Virus record (IMG/VR): IMGVR_UViG_2974673286_000001
Coordinates: 89,269-153,268 of that record
Source of the DNA: a virus
Lineage: Duplodnaviria > Caudoviricetes
Length of the DNA: 64,000 nt
Direction: 5' to 3' (one strand)
Position 1 is the first letter of the stretch, and every line of letters begins with the position of its first letter. Under the pieces are notes generated by a model. It was not told the origin of the DNA and did no database searches. It worked only from the letters and a program-made list of their open reading frames with translations. Both the position numbers and the translations under genes were made by a program. Shown one piece after another: positions 1 to 9,800 of the stretch.

Positions 1-1455
1 GAAAACGCCACTAAAGGTGTTGTAGGGGTAATGAAGCTTCTAGATAATGCATTCCGCTACGCAGATCAAATGGGGCAGCGACAAGGATCAGGTGCAGCGT
101 ACCTAAACATCTTCCACAGGGACATTAATGACTTCTTAGACACTAAGAAAATTTCTGCTGATGAAGATGTACGTGTTAAGACCCTTTCTATTGGGGTAGT
201 CATCCCAGATAAGTTCGTTGAGCTTGCACGAGAAGATAAAGATGCTTACGTGTTCTACCCTCATACTGTCTATCAAGAGTACGGGCAGCACATGGATGAG
301 ATGGACATGAACGAGATGTATGACAAGTTAGTTGATAACCCTAATGTCAAAAAAGAGGCTGTAAATGCCCGCAAGCTTCTTGAAAAGATGGCAATGTTAA
401 GATCAGAGTCCGGGTACCCGTACATTATGTTCCAAGACAACGTGAATAAGGTACATGCTAACAACAATATCTCAAAAGTCAAATTCTCCAACCTCTGCTC
501 AGAAGTTCTTCAAGCATCTCAAGTTTCGAACTACACTGACTATGGTGAAGAGGATGAAATTGGATTAGATATTTCTTGTAACTTAGGTTCTATCAACATT
601 CTGAATGTAATGAACCATAAGACTATTAAAGAGACTGTTAAGCTGGCTACTGACTCATTAACGAGAGTTACTGATACTACACGTATTGTTAACGCACCAG
701 CAGTAAACCGTGGAAACCAGTTAATGAAGTCTATTGGTTTAGGCGCAATGAACCTACATGGGTACCTCGCTACTAACGGAATTGCATATGAAAGCCCTAT
801 TGCTCGTGAATTTGCTAACGTATTCTTCGCTGCTGTAAACTTCTATTCCATCGAGCGTTCAAATGAGATCGCTGTAGAGACAGGAGAGACATACGAAGGC
901 TTTGAGGGCTCCACATACGCTTCAGGTGAGTATTTTGATAAGTACATTAATAACAGCTTCCTACCAGAGTCAGATAAGATTAAAGAGCTATTTGAGGGTA
1001 TGGAACTTCCAACTAAAGAAGACTGGGCAGCTCTTAAAGAGAAAGTCATGAAGGGGGGCATGTATCATAGTTACAGACTATGTATTGCCCCTACAGGATC
1101 AATCTCTTATGTACAGTCTAGTACAGCTTCTGTAATGCCTATCATGGAGAGAATTGAGGAGCGTACATACGGAAACAGCAAAACATATTACCCAATGCCG
1201 GGATTGTCCTCTAATAACTGGTTCTTCTTTAAAGAGGCATACGACATGGATATGTTTAACGTAGTAGATATGATTGCTACAATTCAGCAGCACATTGACC
1301 AAGGAATTAGTTTTACGCTGTTCCTTAAAGATACAATGACTACTAGAGACTTAAACCGCATTGACTTATACGCACACCACAAAGGCATCAAAACAATTTA
1401 CTATGCTCGGACAAAAGACACCGGACAGGAGAGCTGCCTATCATGCGTAGTATGA
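1..1455 (+). CDS. nrdE: Ribonucleotide reductase class Ib alpha subunit (5' truncated by window)
   Basis: SNLCSE radical-cysteine motif, IAPTGSIS, YY pair and C-terminal CLSC; frame open from base 1. Confidence 0.96.
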   Translation, partial: ENATKGVVGVMKLLDNAFRYADQMGQRQGSGAAYLNIFHRDINDFLDTKKISADEDVRVKTLSIGVVIPDKFVELAREDKDAYVFYPHTVYQEYGQHMDEMDMNEMYDKLVDNPNVKKEAVNARKLLEKMAMLRSESGYPYIMFQDNVNKVHANNNISKVKFSNLCSEVLQASQVSNYTDYGEEDEIGLDISCNLGSINILNVMNHKTIKETVKLATDSLTRVTDTTRIVNAPAVNRGNQLMKSIGLGAMNLHGYLATNGIAYESPIAREFANVFFAAVNFYSIERSNEIAVETGETYEGFEGSTYASGEYFDKYINNSFLPESDKIKELFEGMELPTKEDWAALKEKVMKGGMYHSYRLCIAPTGSISYVQSSTASVMPIMERIEERTYGNSKTYYPMPGLSSNNWFFFKEAYDMDMFNVVDMIATIQQHIDQGISFTLFLKDTMTTRDLNRIDLYAHHKGIKTIYYARTKDTGQESCLSCVV

Positions 1456-1574
1456 CCACTTTTGAAAAGATGGTGGAGCGTATTGAGGAAAATAAGGTTG
1501 AACACTTTAAAAATCTCCATAAGGAGAATGAGATGAAAAGGAAACACAGGGAGGACAACTTAGATGACAAATAA
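1452..1574 (+). CDS. Small hypothetical protein (40 aa) between nrdE and nrdF
   Basis: ATG overlaps nrdE stop (ATGA); [18 protein letters not shown]... fills the gap. Confidence 0.4.
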   Translation: MTTFEKMVERIEENKVEHFKNLHKENEMKRKHREDNLDDK

Positions 1575-2547
1575 GGTATACACCGCAGCGGACTGGTCAA
1601 AACCAGATGATGACTTTACACAGATGTTCTACAACCAGAATGTTAAACAGTTCTGGCTGCCAGAAGAGGTTGCCCTTAATGGGGATTTGCTCACTTGGAA
1701 AGCTCTAGGAGTAAACGAACAAGACACCTATATGAAAGTTCTGGCTGGGCTTACACTGCTGGATACGGAGCAGGGAGACACTGGAATGCCTGCTATCGCA
1801 GAACATGTAGAGGGACACCAACGAAAAGCAGTACTAAACTTTATGGCAATGATGGAGAACTCAGTACATGCTAAGTCTTACAGCAACATTTTTATGACTC
1901 TAGCACCTACAGAGAAAATAAATGAAGTGTTTGAGTGGGTAAAGAACAACAAATACTTACAGAAAAAAGCCCAGATCATCGTTTCAATCTACAATGACAT
2001 TAAAAAAGGTGATGACTTCTCTTTATTTAAAGCAATGGTAGCCTCGGTATTCCTTGAGAGTTTCTTGTTCTATAGCGGGTTCTACTACCCATTATATTTC
2101 TATGGGCAAGGTAAACTCATGCAGTCGGGGGAAATTATCAACCTGATCATCCGGGATGAGGCTATTCATGGAACTTATGTAGGGCTTCTTGCACAGGAAG
2201 TTTATAATAGACAAGACGAAGAGACACAGCAGGCATATAAAGGGTTCGCTACTAGTTTACTTCAGCAGCTGTATGAGAACGAGATGGATTATACAGCCGA
2301 TGTGTACGACTCTGTAGGGCTGACAGCAGACGTTAAGAAATTCGTTCGATACAACGCAAATAAGGCTCTAGATAACTTAGGTTTCGACCACTGGTTTGAG
2401 GAAGAAGACGTTAACCCTATCGTACTGAACGGGTTAAGCACAAAGACAAAATCCTTTGACTTCTTCTCAATGAAGGGTAACGGGTACAAGAAGGCTACAG
2501 TAGAGCCGCTACAAAACGAAGATTTCTATTTTGGGGAGAGAGACTAA
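1564..2547 (+). CDS. nrdF: Ribonucleotide reductase class Ib beta subunit
   Basis: [26 protein letters not shown] and RDEAIH dimetal motifs. Confidence 0.96.
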   Translation: MTNKVYTAADWSKPDDDFTQMFYNQNVKQFWLPEEVALNGDLLTWKALGVNEQDTYMKVLAGLTLLDTEQGDTGMPAIAEHVEGHQRKAVLNFMAMMENSVHAKSYSNIFMTLAPTEKINEVFEWVKNNKYLQKKAQIIVSIYNDIKKGDDFSLFKAMVASVFLESFLFYSGFYYPLYFYGQGKLMQSGEIINLIIRDEAIHGTYVGLLAQEVYNRQDEETQQAYKGFATSLLQQLYENEMDYTADVYDSVGLTADVKKFVRYNANKALDNLGFDHWFEEEDVNPIVLNGLSTKTKSFDFFSMKGNGYKKATVEPLQNEDFYFGERD

Positions 2548-2783
2548 TGAGTAAACTTATTCTTTTGAAAAAGCACAACTGTACAGGGTGTGAGCTGGTA
2601 GACCTGTACTTAACAAATGAAGGGGCAGATTACCGCACATACAACGTAGAAGAGGCGCCGGAGATTGCCGCACAGTATGGAGTAATGTCTGTACCAGTCC
2701 TTATCAAGTTAGACGATGAGGGGAACGAGCAGGAGCGCATTGTAGGGTACGCCCCTAGTGCTATAAGTGAAATGATTGAATAA
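2547..2783 (+). CDS. Thioredoxin/NrdH-like redoxin
   Basis: CTGC motif and SVP cis-proline; follows nrdF. Confidence 0.85.
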   Translation: MSKLILLKKHNCTGCELVDLYLTNEGADYRTYNVEEAPEIAAQYGVMSVPVLIKLDDEGNEQERIVGYAPSAISEMIE

Positions 2784-2786
2784 ACA

Positions 2787-2821
2787 AGGGAGCAGGACTT
2801 TATGTCTTGCTCTTTTTTTTT
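2787..2821 (+). terminator. Intrinsic terminator
   Basis: GAGCAGGAC...GTCTTGCTC hairpin plus long T run. Confidence 0.8.
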
Positions 2822-2822
2822 G

Positions 2823-2851
2823 TTGACAGGAAGGTTATACCATGGTAGACT
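2823..2851 (+). promoter_or_regulatory. sigmaA-type promoter of the Apyc1 operon
   Basis: TTGACA-17-TAGACT with TG extension. Confidence 0.75.
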
Positions 2852-2883
2852 GTAACTATCTTATAAAATACAGGAGGGTATTC

Positions 2884-3081
2884 ATGGCGTATAATAACAT
2901 GAACGGCAAGCTAACTGATCCTAAAGTCAGCGACTACATCAAGCTTCTTCAGGACCACATGGAATTCTACGGAGATACTCGTGTTAGGGCTTACTTTGAA
3001 AATGAACTGGTGCACCCTGAAGTTCAAGCAGAACACTATAAGAACGTTTTAGTGCTTAATTTTAGGGAGGAAGAGGAGTGA
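2884..3081 (+). CDS. Hypothetical protein
   Basis: AGGAGG RBS before ATG 2884. Confidence 0.7.
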   Translation: MAYNNMNGKLTDPKVSDYIKLLQDHMEFYGDTRVRAYFENELVHPEVQAEHYKNVLVLNFREEEE

Positions 3082-3257
3082 AGTACCTTATATTGCAGGA
3101 GAACATGGTTGATGATGATGGGATTGTTATTTTCGAGGCGGATATTCCTTATGCAGTAGAATATGAAAGTATAATGAATGAAAATGAAGTAGAAGTTCTT
3201 TTGGAAGAGATATGGGTAGACTATACAATATTTCATACCGTACAGGAGGAGATTTAA
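3078..3257 (+). CDS. Small acidic hypothetical protein (59 aa)
   Basis: GTG start with GGAGG; [14 protein letters not shown]...; stop overlaps next ATG (TAATG). Confidence 0.65.
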   Translation: MKYLILQENMVDDDGIVIFEADIPYAVEYESIMNENEVEVLLEEIWVDYTIFHTVQEEI

Positions 3258-4027
3258 TGTTACACACTACGCAGATTAGGATGGTGGGAACAGGATCGGC
3301 GTTCTCGAAAAAGTTTTATAATAACAGCGCTTTAGTTACATTCACAAATGGCTACAACTTACTTATTGACTGCGGACACTCTGTACCGAAAGGTCTTCAT
3401 GACGCAGACATCCCGTTAGAAAGTATTGATGGTATCCTTATCACTCATACGCATGCAGACCACATCGGAGGCTTAGAAGAAGTAGCCTTGTATAATAAAT
3501 TCGTTTTAGGTGGAAGAAAAATTGATCTCCTCGTACCAAATACGCTAGTAGAATCCTTATGGGAGAATAGCTTAAAAGGTGGACTTCGTTATTCAGATAC
3601 GTATGATGATCTTAGTTTAAGTGATTATTTCACGGTCCGCAGCTTAAAAACGTTTACCTCGGGGGCAGCCCGCACACAACTTGAAGAGAATATAGCTATC
3701 AAACTATACCCCACATTCCATGTTTCGCATATGGCTAGTTATGCTGTAGGGCTAGAGGATCGTGGAGAGGATAAGGTATTCTATTCCTCAGACACTATAT
3801 TTGACGAATACCTCATTGACTATGCTCTAACCTACTCGTGGGTCTTTCACGACTGCCAGTTTTTCACTGGAGGGGTACATGCTAGTCTAGATGAGCTTCT
3901 TAACTATATTCCTGAAGAGGATCAAGACCGAGTGTTCCTCATGCACTATGGAGACAACATGGAAGACTTCTTTACTAAAACAGGTCGGATGAGGTTTGCG
4001 TTGCAAGGACGGACATACATTCTTTAA
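3257..4027 (+). CDS. apyc1: Anti-Pycsar protein Apyc1, MBL-fold cCMP/cUMP phosphodiesterase
   Basis: [31 protein letters not shown] (HxHxDH), YSSDT, FHDCQ, VHA, LMHYGD; AGGAGG RBS before ATG 3257; matches my recollection of Bacillus phage Apyc1. Confidence 0.9.
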   Translation: MLHTTQIRMVGTGSAFSKKFYNNSALVTFTNGYNLLIDCGHSVPKGLHDADIPLESIDGILITHTHADHIGGLEEVALYNKFVLGGRKIDLLVPNTLVESLWENSLKGGLRYSDTYDDLSLSDYFTVRSLKTFTSGAARTQLEENIAIKLYPTFHVSHMASYAVGLEDRGEDKVFYSSDTIFDEYLIDYALTYSWVFHDCQFFTGGVHASLDELLNYIPEEDQDRVFLMHYGDNMEDFFTKTGRMRFALQGRTYIL

Positions 4028-4042
4028 GGAGGTTACACACTA

Positions 4043-4234
4043 ATGGGAACACAATTAAACACGGAAGAAATTTTCAAAAGTAAAGGTTTGATGTTGATCA
4101 TTACAGGAGCAACAGCATTAGTTGAAGAAGAAGGGATGACACCTCGGGAGGCTCTAGAACAGTTAGAGAGGGTTAAAAATACGATCTGGGGCGCTCTTAA
4201 TGAAATCCACGCAGAGCAGGGCGGTACAAAGTAA
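4043..4234 (+). CDS. Hypothetical protein
   Basis: AAGGAGG RBS, operon packing. Confidence 0.7.
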   Translation: MGTQLNTEEIFKSKGLMLIITGATALVEEEGMTPREALEQLERVKNTIWGALNEIHAEQGGTK

Positions 4235-4389
4235 TGAGGGAGTTCCCTTGTATTAAATGCGGGAGGATGACGGATGCAGACATGACAATGTGCTGCGATG
4301 GTTGGGAGTGTGGCTGCATGGGACTTCCTATCCATCCGCCTCTGTGTAAAGAGTGCGAAGAGTCATTTTTTGAGGAGGGTGTGAAGTGA
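4234..4389 (+). CDS. Cys-rich small protein (51 aa), probably metal-binding
   Basis: MREFPCIKCG...CCDGWECGCMGLPIHPPLCKEC; overlaps both neighbours. Confidence 0.7.
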   Translation: MREFPCIKCGRMTDADMTMCCDGWECGCMGLPIHPPLCKECEESFFEEGVK

Positions 4390-4580
4390 GAGGTAAAGCG
4401 GTCTATCTAACCAGAGAAGAAATGAGACTGATTGAATTGTGCTTGGATAACATAGAGGCAAATGATTTCATTGAACCCGACAAGCACGCCAAGGACTTCG
4501 AACCCGATCATAAAGCATACAAAGCATGGCATTCAGTAGCAGATAAGGTTTCCAAAGCACTAAGGGAGGGTGCGGAGTGA
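4386..4580 (+). CDS. Hypothetical protein
   Basis: GAGGAGG RBS, overlapping stop/start. Confidence 0.65.
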   Translation: MRGKAVYLTREEMRLIELCLDNIEANDFIEPDKHAKDFEPDHKAYKAWHSVADKVSKALREGAE

Positions 4581-4795
4581 TTGAGGTTATCGTAAAAAGT
4601 AAAATTAGCGGCAGATTAAAAAGAGGACTATTCACCGCAAGGCAGTTACTAGACACCTATGAGGATGACCTTGTCTGTACCCTGACGGAATGTAATTGCC
4701 AGCCTGTAGGGGAAACATACGTAGTAGACTGCAATTGCTGTGAAGAGTGGGAAGACTACGAGATTACATTTAATATTGAGAACAAGGGGGAGTAA
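4577..4795 (+). CDS. Hypothetical Cys-containing protein
   Basis: GGAGG RBS; CNC...CNCC. Confidence 0.65.
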   Translation: MIEVIVKSKISGRLKRGLFTARQLLDTYEDDLVCTLTECNCQPVGETYVVDCNCCEEWEDYEITFNIENKGE

Positions 4796-4797
4796 AA

Positions 4798-5178
4798 ATG
4801 AAAATGTTAAAACTATCAGAACTACCTGATGACACAGAGCTGGGGGTTGACGGGTCTGGCATAGTCCAAACAGTGGCTGAGATAAAGTGGGGAATACAGA
4901 AATACGGAGAACCTTACCACTTGGAGGGGGACTGGTATACAATCAAACGGAAAAAGTGGCGTCCCGATGCAACTAGGATGTTAGAAGGTTACATTTATGA
5001 TGAACTGGAGGATATGTATGACGATTGGGATGAACGAGCTTGGGACTGCCTCCCGGATGAAGTAGTAAGTAAAATTCAGGGTATACTGAACGAAGCTTTT
5101 AAAGGAGACTATGCTACAGCATACTGGACCTACGAGCAGCCTGTGGATATTGATATTTACCCTCACCAGAAAGGATGA
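4798..5178 (+). CDS. Hypothetical protein
   Basis: RBS and operon packing. Confidence 0.7.
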   Translation: MKMLKLSELPDDTELGVDGSGIVQTVAEIKWGIQKYGEPYHLEGDWYTIKRKKWRPDATRMLEGYIYDELEDMYDDWDERAWDCLPDEVVSKIQGILNEAFKGDYATAYWTYEQPVDIDIYPHQKG

Positions 5179-5184
5179 TTACAA

Positions 5185-5433
5185 ATGAAGTATACACAAA
5201 GATACCTATTATTCCGTTATTCTAATTACTACCCTAGTGGTGGTCTACACGATGTGGACCTTGCATTTGACAACTTTGAAGAGTTCGAAAATTGGTACAA
5301 GGAAAACATTGATAGGCTATATGGTGAATACACTGAATTGTTTGACTTTGAAAAACGGGAAATCATTTACGAGGATAAGGACACTGTGGACTTAGATAAA
5401 GTTAGAGAATTATTAAAGGGTGATGAGGATTGA
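5185..5433 (+). CDS. Hypothetical protein (YYPSGG motif)
   Basis: RBS; YYPxGG motif common in small phage proteins. Confidence 0.7.
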   Translation: MKYTQRYLLFRYSNYYPSGGLHDVDLAFDNFEEFENWYKENIDRLYGEYTELFDFEKREIIYEDKDTVDLDKVRELLKGDED

Positions 5434-5642
5434 AAACAGAACTAACCATTGACGGAGGTAACATCATTATCACCAGCATAGATGGTACATTCAGTGCTAC
5501 AGTAGAGGTACAGACCGGGGAAGTTCTGCACTTTGAATACACTGAAGCTACTGTGCACCAGATCGCAACTTTTGCTAATAAAGTGAAGACAAGATACAAT
5601 AAATTTCTCCAGAGCAAGGAGATAGATAATTTTATTAACTAA
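5430..5642 (+). CDS. Hypothetical protein
   Basis: TTG start overlapping upstream stop; ends at terminator. Confidence 0.6.
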   Translation: MKTELTIDGGNIIITSIDGTFSATVEVQTGEVLHFEYTEATVHQIATFANKVKTRYNKFLQSKEIDNFIN

Positions 5643-5673
5643 GTAGAGGGTTTTCTCCACCTCTACTTTTTTT
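5641..5673 (+). terminator. Intrinsic terminator
   Basis: AAGTAGAGG...CCTCTACTT hairpin plus T run. Confidence 0.8.
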
Positions 5674-5743
5674 AATCTGTGCTATAATGATGGTATAGGA
5701 AATTCACAAAATTCTGAATACTACATAGATTGGACGGATTAAA

Positions 5744-6517
5744 ATGACGAGAAAGAAGAGTTTGAACATCCATAATACTGATCGTCTCTTCAACCTCAAC
5801 CTGACAACTAAACAGGACGAAAGCCAGTTTATCAAGGTTACACGGTTGAATGAGAAGCAGATCGAGAAAGAGATGGATGAGCTGAAGGCACAGTCCCGGA
5901 GGTTCAATAAAAGAAATGAAAAGAGTTATATGTTGTACAAGCAGCGGTACGGTAATGACACTGTACAAGAGAAGGTTTTTGATCATGGAGGCTATATTTA
6001 CTACTACACTACGGACCGGGTCCCAGTTCCGATTATAAACAAGTTAGCTGCGGTCCCTCAGTCAGAAGTTATTTACAGCTGTAAAAAAGAGTTTACTTTG
6101 GATGAAATCAATAATGTACACCTAGTATCTATGGCAACTAAAGTATCTGTAGATGTACCTATTGTGCTGCCGGATATTAACCCCTACGATTATTTATTCT
6201 CCCTAGCTCCACTAAGATACCATGTGGATAAAGTCCGTATCTCGTTCCCAGCACTAAGAGAGGAGGAGCTACAGGATAGGCATAAGCAATATTACGTGTT
6301 CTATAATGGGATGTACCACCTACGATCCAAATATAAGTACGATTGCTTTAAATATTTACAGGAGACACTATCTACTTGGAAAATGAATATCTGGCTAGTC
6401 TGTGATTCAAAGAATGATATGCACTCAGTAGAACGAATGGTGGTAAGAGATAATAAGCGATTTAAGAACTCCACTTCTCCAGATCAAGGAGGTAGTAACA
6501 GTGGCATTGAATCGTAA
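5744..6517 (+). CDS. Conserved herellevirus-type hypothetical protein upstream of HU/DNA polymerase
   Basis: 257-aa ORF; position in the replication block. Confidence 0.75.
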   Translation: MTRKKSLNIHNTDRLFNLNLTTKQDESQFIKVTRLNEKQIEKEMDELKAQSRRFNKRNEKSYMLYKQRYGNDTVQEKVFDHGGYIYYYTTDRVPVPIINKLAAVPQSEVIYSCKKEFTLDEINNVHLVSMATKVSVDVPIVLPDINPYDYLFSLAPLRYHVDKVRISFPALREEELQDRHKQYYVFYNGMYHLRSKYKYDCFKYLQETLSTWKMNIWLVCDSKNDMHSVERMVVRDNKRFKNSTSPDQGGSNSGIES

Positions 6518-6797
6518 AGAAATTGCCCGGCGTATAGCACTTGAAGGCGGTTATAATATTGGTGATATTGAGCATGTACTAGAAGTATATGAAGACGTTA
6601 TAGAAGCTGCACTAAAAAATGGAGAAGAGGTCAAACAAGGGAAGCTGTACAAAATCATTTTTCAAGAGCTACCGGAGAAGAAGGCATACGATGGACTTAA
6701 TAAAAAATATTTTGTACGCAAAGCGAAGAAAGTTCCTAAGTTTAAGCCACTAACACGTATAACGAATATAGAGTTGCCTGTTACAGAAGAGGAGTAA
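6501..6797 (+). CDS. HU/IHF-like DNA-binding protein
   Basis: LNRKEIARRIA...ALKNGEEV...KKVPKFKP pattern. Confidence 0.8.
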   Translation: MALNRKEIARRIALEGGYNIGDIEHVLEVYEDVIEAALKNGEEVKQGKLYKIIFQELPEKKAYDGLNKKYFVRKAKKVPKFKPLTRITNIELPVTEEE

Positions 6798-6879
6798 ATA
6801 TACTCCTCTTTTTCATGTTGACAGACCGTATATGTTATAGTATGATTATAGCTGTAATACAAAAGGGAGGGATCGTGTA

Positions 6880-9800
6880 TTGAAAGTTTTGTTTTTACAA
6901 GAGTACATCCGTGAGAACCATATGAAAAAGACAGCAGAGAATACCTTAGCCAATGTTTTTTTCCAAACAAAGGGAGGGAAAATTCTTAAGAACCTTATCG
7001 AGAATGGGTTACACCTTGACAGGAGCCAGTACTATATTGACTACGCATATGGGTTGGTGCCAAAGGTTATAGCTCGGGATAAGTTTAACAGAGCAACAAA
7101 GTATAAAGCACCTACCCAGAAAGAAGCAAGCCCGGAGTATGAACGTTTGTTCCAGAGGATTGTTAAAGAGAAGCCGGATATCATCATCCCTACAGGTAAC
7201 TTAGGCTGCAAAGCACTAATTGGAAAAGCATCTATCTCATCTCAAAGAGGTGTACCCCAGAAAGTCGTTGTTAGAGCTAAGCAGCAGCAAACAACAGGAC
7301 CATCTCGTGAAGAGGAGATTGTTACGCAATTAAAATCTCTGCGTAAAGAGTTAGAAGTAACACAGCAGGATATGCACCATCTTTTTTCAGGAGACCCCGA
7401 CTTATACTACTTCTTAAGCGGAAAAGGTCTACTGTTGGAGAATCACAGCCATTCCACATTAGAAGAAGCCGTCAACTATGCCTATGTGGTTTTGAATGAC
7501 CGAGCTGGTATGCTAGATCAGCAGATTCGAGAATTAGAAGCTTTAGGTATAGACGAAGAGCTCTATGAAGACGAAGGGCTGCTAAGACAGGCACAGGAAG
7601 AAGAACAGGAACACGAATGTTGGGTACTGCCAATGTACAGTATGGAATACATGCTGGTAAACCCAAATATCCAGAATCTAATTGAAGCGGACTTTGTTAC
7701 TCTGAAGAAATACATTGATCAAGGTGAGTCCGCTTTTGAAGCAGCTCCAGTGGACTATGAGTTCGTAGACAAAATTGAGAGAGTCCGAGAAATCTTTAAA
7801 GAGAAGGTTCCTAAGGCTCCCATTGTCGCATGGGACTTAGAGACCAATACACTACGACCAGAAAGCTTTGGTGCTAAGCCGCTAGTCATCTCTCTTTCTT
7901 GGGAAGAGGGTACCGGATGTACGATCCCACTGGAACACAAGGAGTTTCAATGGCTTCCCGGAGAACTGGCTGAAATTTATGGGTACATAGAGGAGTTTGT
8001 AGGTAACCCAGATATAATAAAAGTCGGTCATAACATACAGTATGATATCCGGTTCTTACGCCTTGTTAGAGGATTCAATAAGTTTGAGAACCACCGAGAC
8101 ACCAAGATCATGTACTACTTACTAGTCAACCAAGAGGTTGAGAGTTCCCTTCGCTTAAGCGATCTCAGCTACGAGCTTACTGATATGGGTGGATATGACA
8201 AAGCATTAGAAGACTACAAGAAGAAGTATGTTACAGATTACATTGCTAACGAGAAAGTTCGTATCGCTAAGATGAAGGAAGACTACAAAACAGAGGTAGC
8301 AAACAGAAAAGCTCAAGCAAAGGAATTAGGAATAAAAGGAGTAGAGCTCCCGCCTAAACCAGATTTCCCTAAAGCAGAAGCCCCTAAGAACGAAGTTGAC
8401 GGTAGTGACTTTAACTATGAGTGGATTCCGCTTGTTTCTATGCTATCTCCATATGCCGCAGGAGACGTAGATGCCTGCTTACGTATCCATAATAAACTAG
8501 ATGCCATTGGTTTAAAACCAGAGAATGCCAGAGTCAGAGCTTTGTATACCACACACTATACTCAGCTGACTGTAGCGTTAGCTAAGATTGAGGCAAATGG
8601 GGTTAAGATGGATACGAAGTATACTGAGGGGCTCATAGATCGGTATACTGAGGAAGAGAATCGCATTCTTGAAGAGATGCGTAAGGTTCCTGAAGTACAG
8701 ATGTTAGAGGAAGAACATCGAGCACTGTACCAGAAAGGGTTAGAAGAATGGGCAAAACCAAAAGCAATGCGAGACCTAGAAGTCGCAAAGCTAAGAGACA
8801 AGTACAAGAGCAAACTTGTTTTTAACCCTAACTCTCCAGAAGACAAGAAGAAGGTACTGTTTTACTACACAGGGAATACTCTACCATATAACAAAGAGTA
8901 TATCGTCAAGTCTGCTTTCGAAGATGGTATTCCTGAAGATCAGATTGAATGGTACCATTACGGAGCGGATAAACATGCTCTAGCCTACGTTAAGGAGAAC
9001 TACGAAGCATCCGCCCACTTAGCGGACCTGCTATTAACACACTCCTTGGTTAAAACCCGGAAGCAGAACTTTACATACAAGCTTTTAGGAATGGTAGACC
9101 GTTTAGGAAGACTACATGGAGGATTTAACCCAACAGGTACTGCAACAACACGTCTTTCCTCTCAGAGTCCTAACTTACAGCAGATGCCACGTAAAACAGG
9201 GGATGTGACCCGGTTTGACTACAAGCACCCAATTAAACGGATGTTTGTAACAAGTTTCCCGGGAGGAGCTCTGCTTCAGCTTGACTACAGCTCTCTAGAA
9301 TCTCGTGTACTGGCACTTGTAGCTAAGGATGAGAAGATGACACAAGCCTTCTTGGATGGCGAGGACGTGCATAAGGATACTGCATCTATGGTATTTAACG
9401 TACCAATTGACAAGGTTACAGATGACCAACGTTCAGATGCAAAGTCTACAACGTTCGGTATCGCCTATGGGGAGACTCCATTCTCATATTATGCTAAGCA
9501 CAACATGACTTTAGAGCAGGCAGAGAAGCTCTTTGACGACTTCTTTAGAAACAAGCCACGTATCAAGAACTTTATTGATGAGACCCATGAGCAAGTTAAG
9601 CGGGATGGATATGTTGAGTGTATGCAAGGATTCAGACGGAGTCTACGAGACGTGTACTCTCAAGACAAGTCTAAGCGTAATGCTGCACTAAGACAGTCTG
9701 TAAACACCAAGATTCAGGGTTCAGGTGCTTTCTTAACAAACACATCAGTTATTCATATCATTAAGTTCATTGAGGAGCACAACTTACGTTCTAAGGTTAT

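Noticed and set aside
3257-4027. Beta-lactamase or RNase Z annotation
   Set aside because: No signal peptide or tRNA-binding exosite; motifs fit Apyc1 better
7276-7608. Polymerase insertion interpreted as an intein or intron
   Set aside because: The frame is continuous, with no Cys/Ser...His-Asn junctions and no homing endonuclease motif
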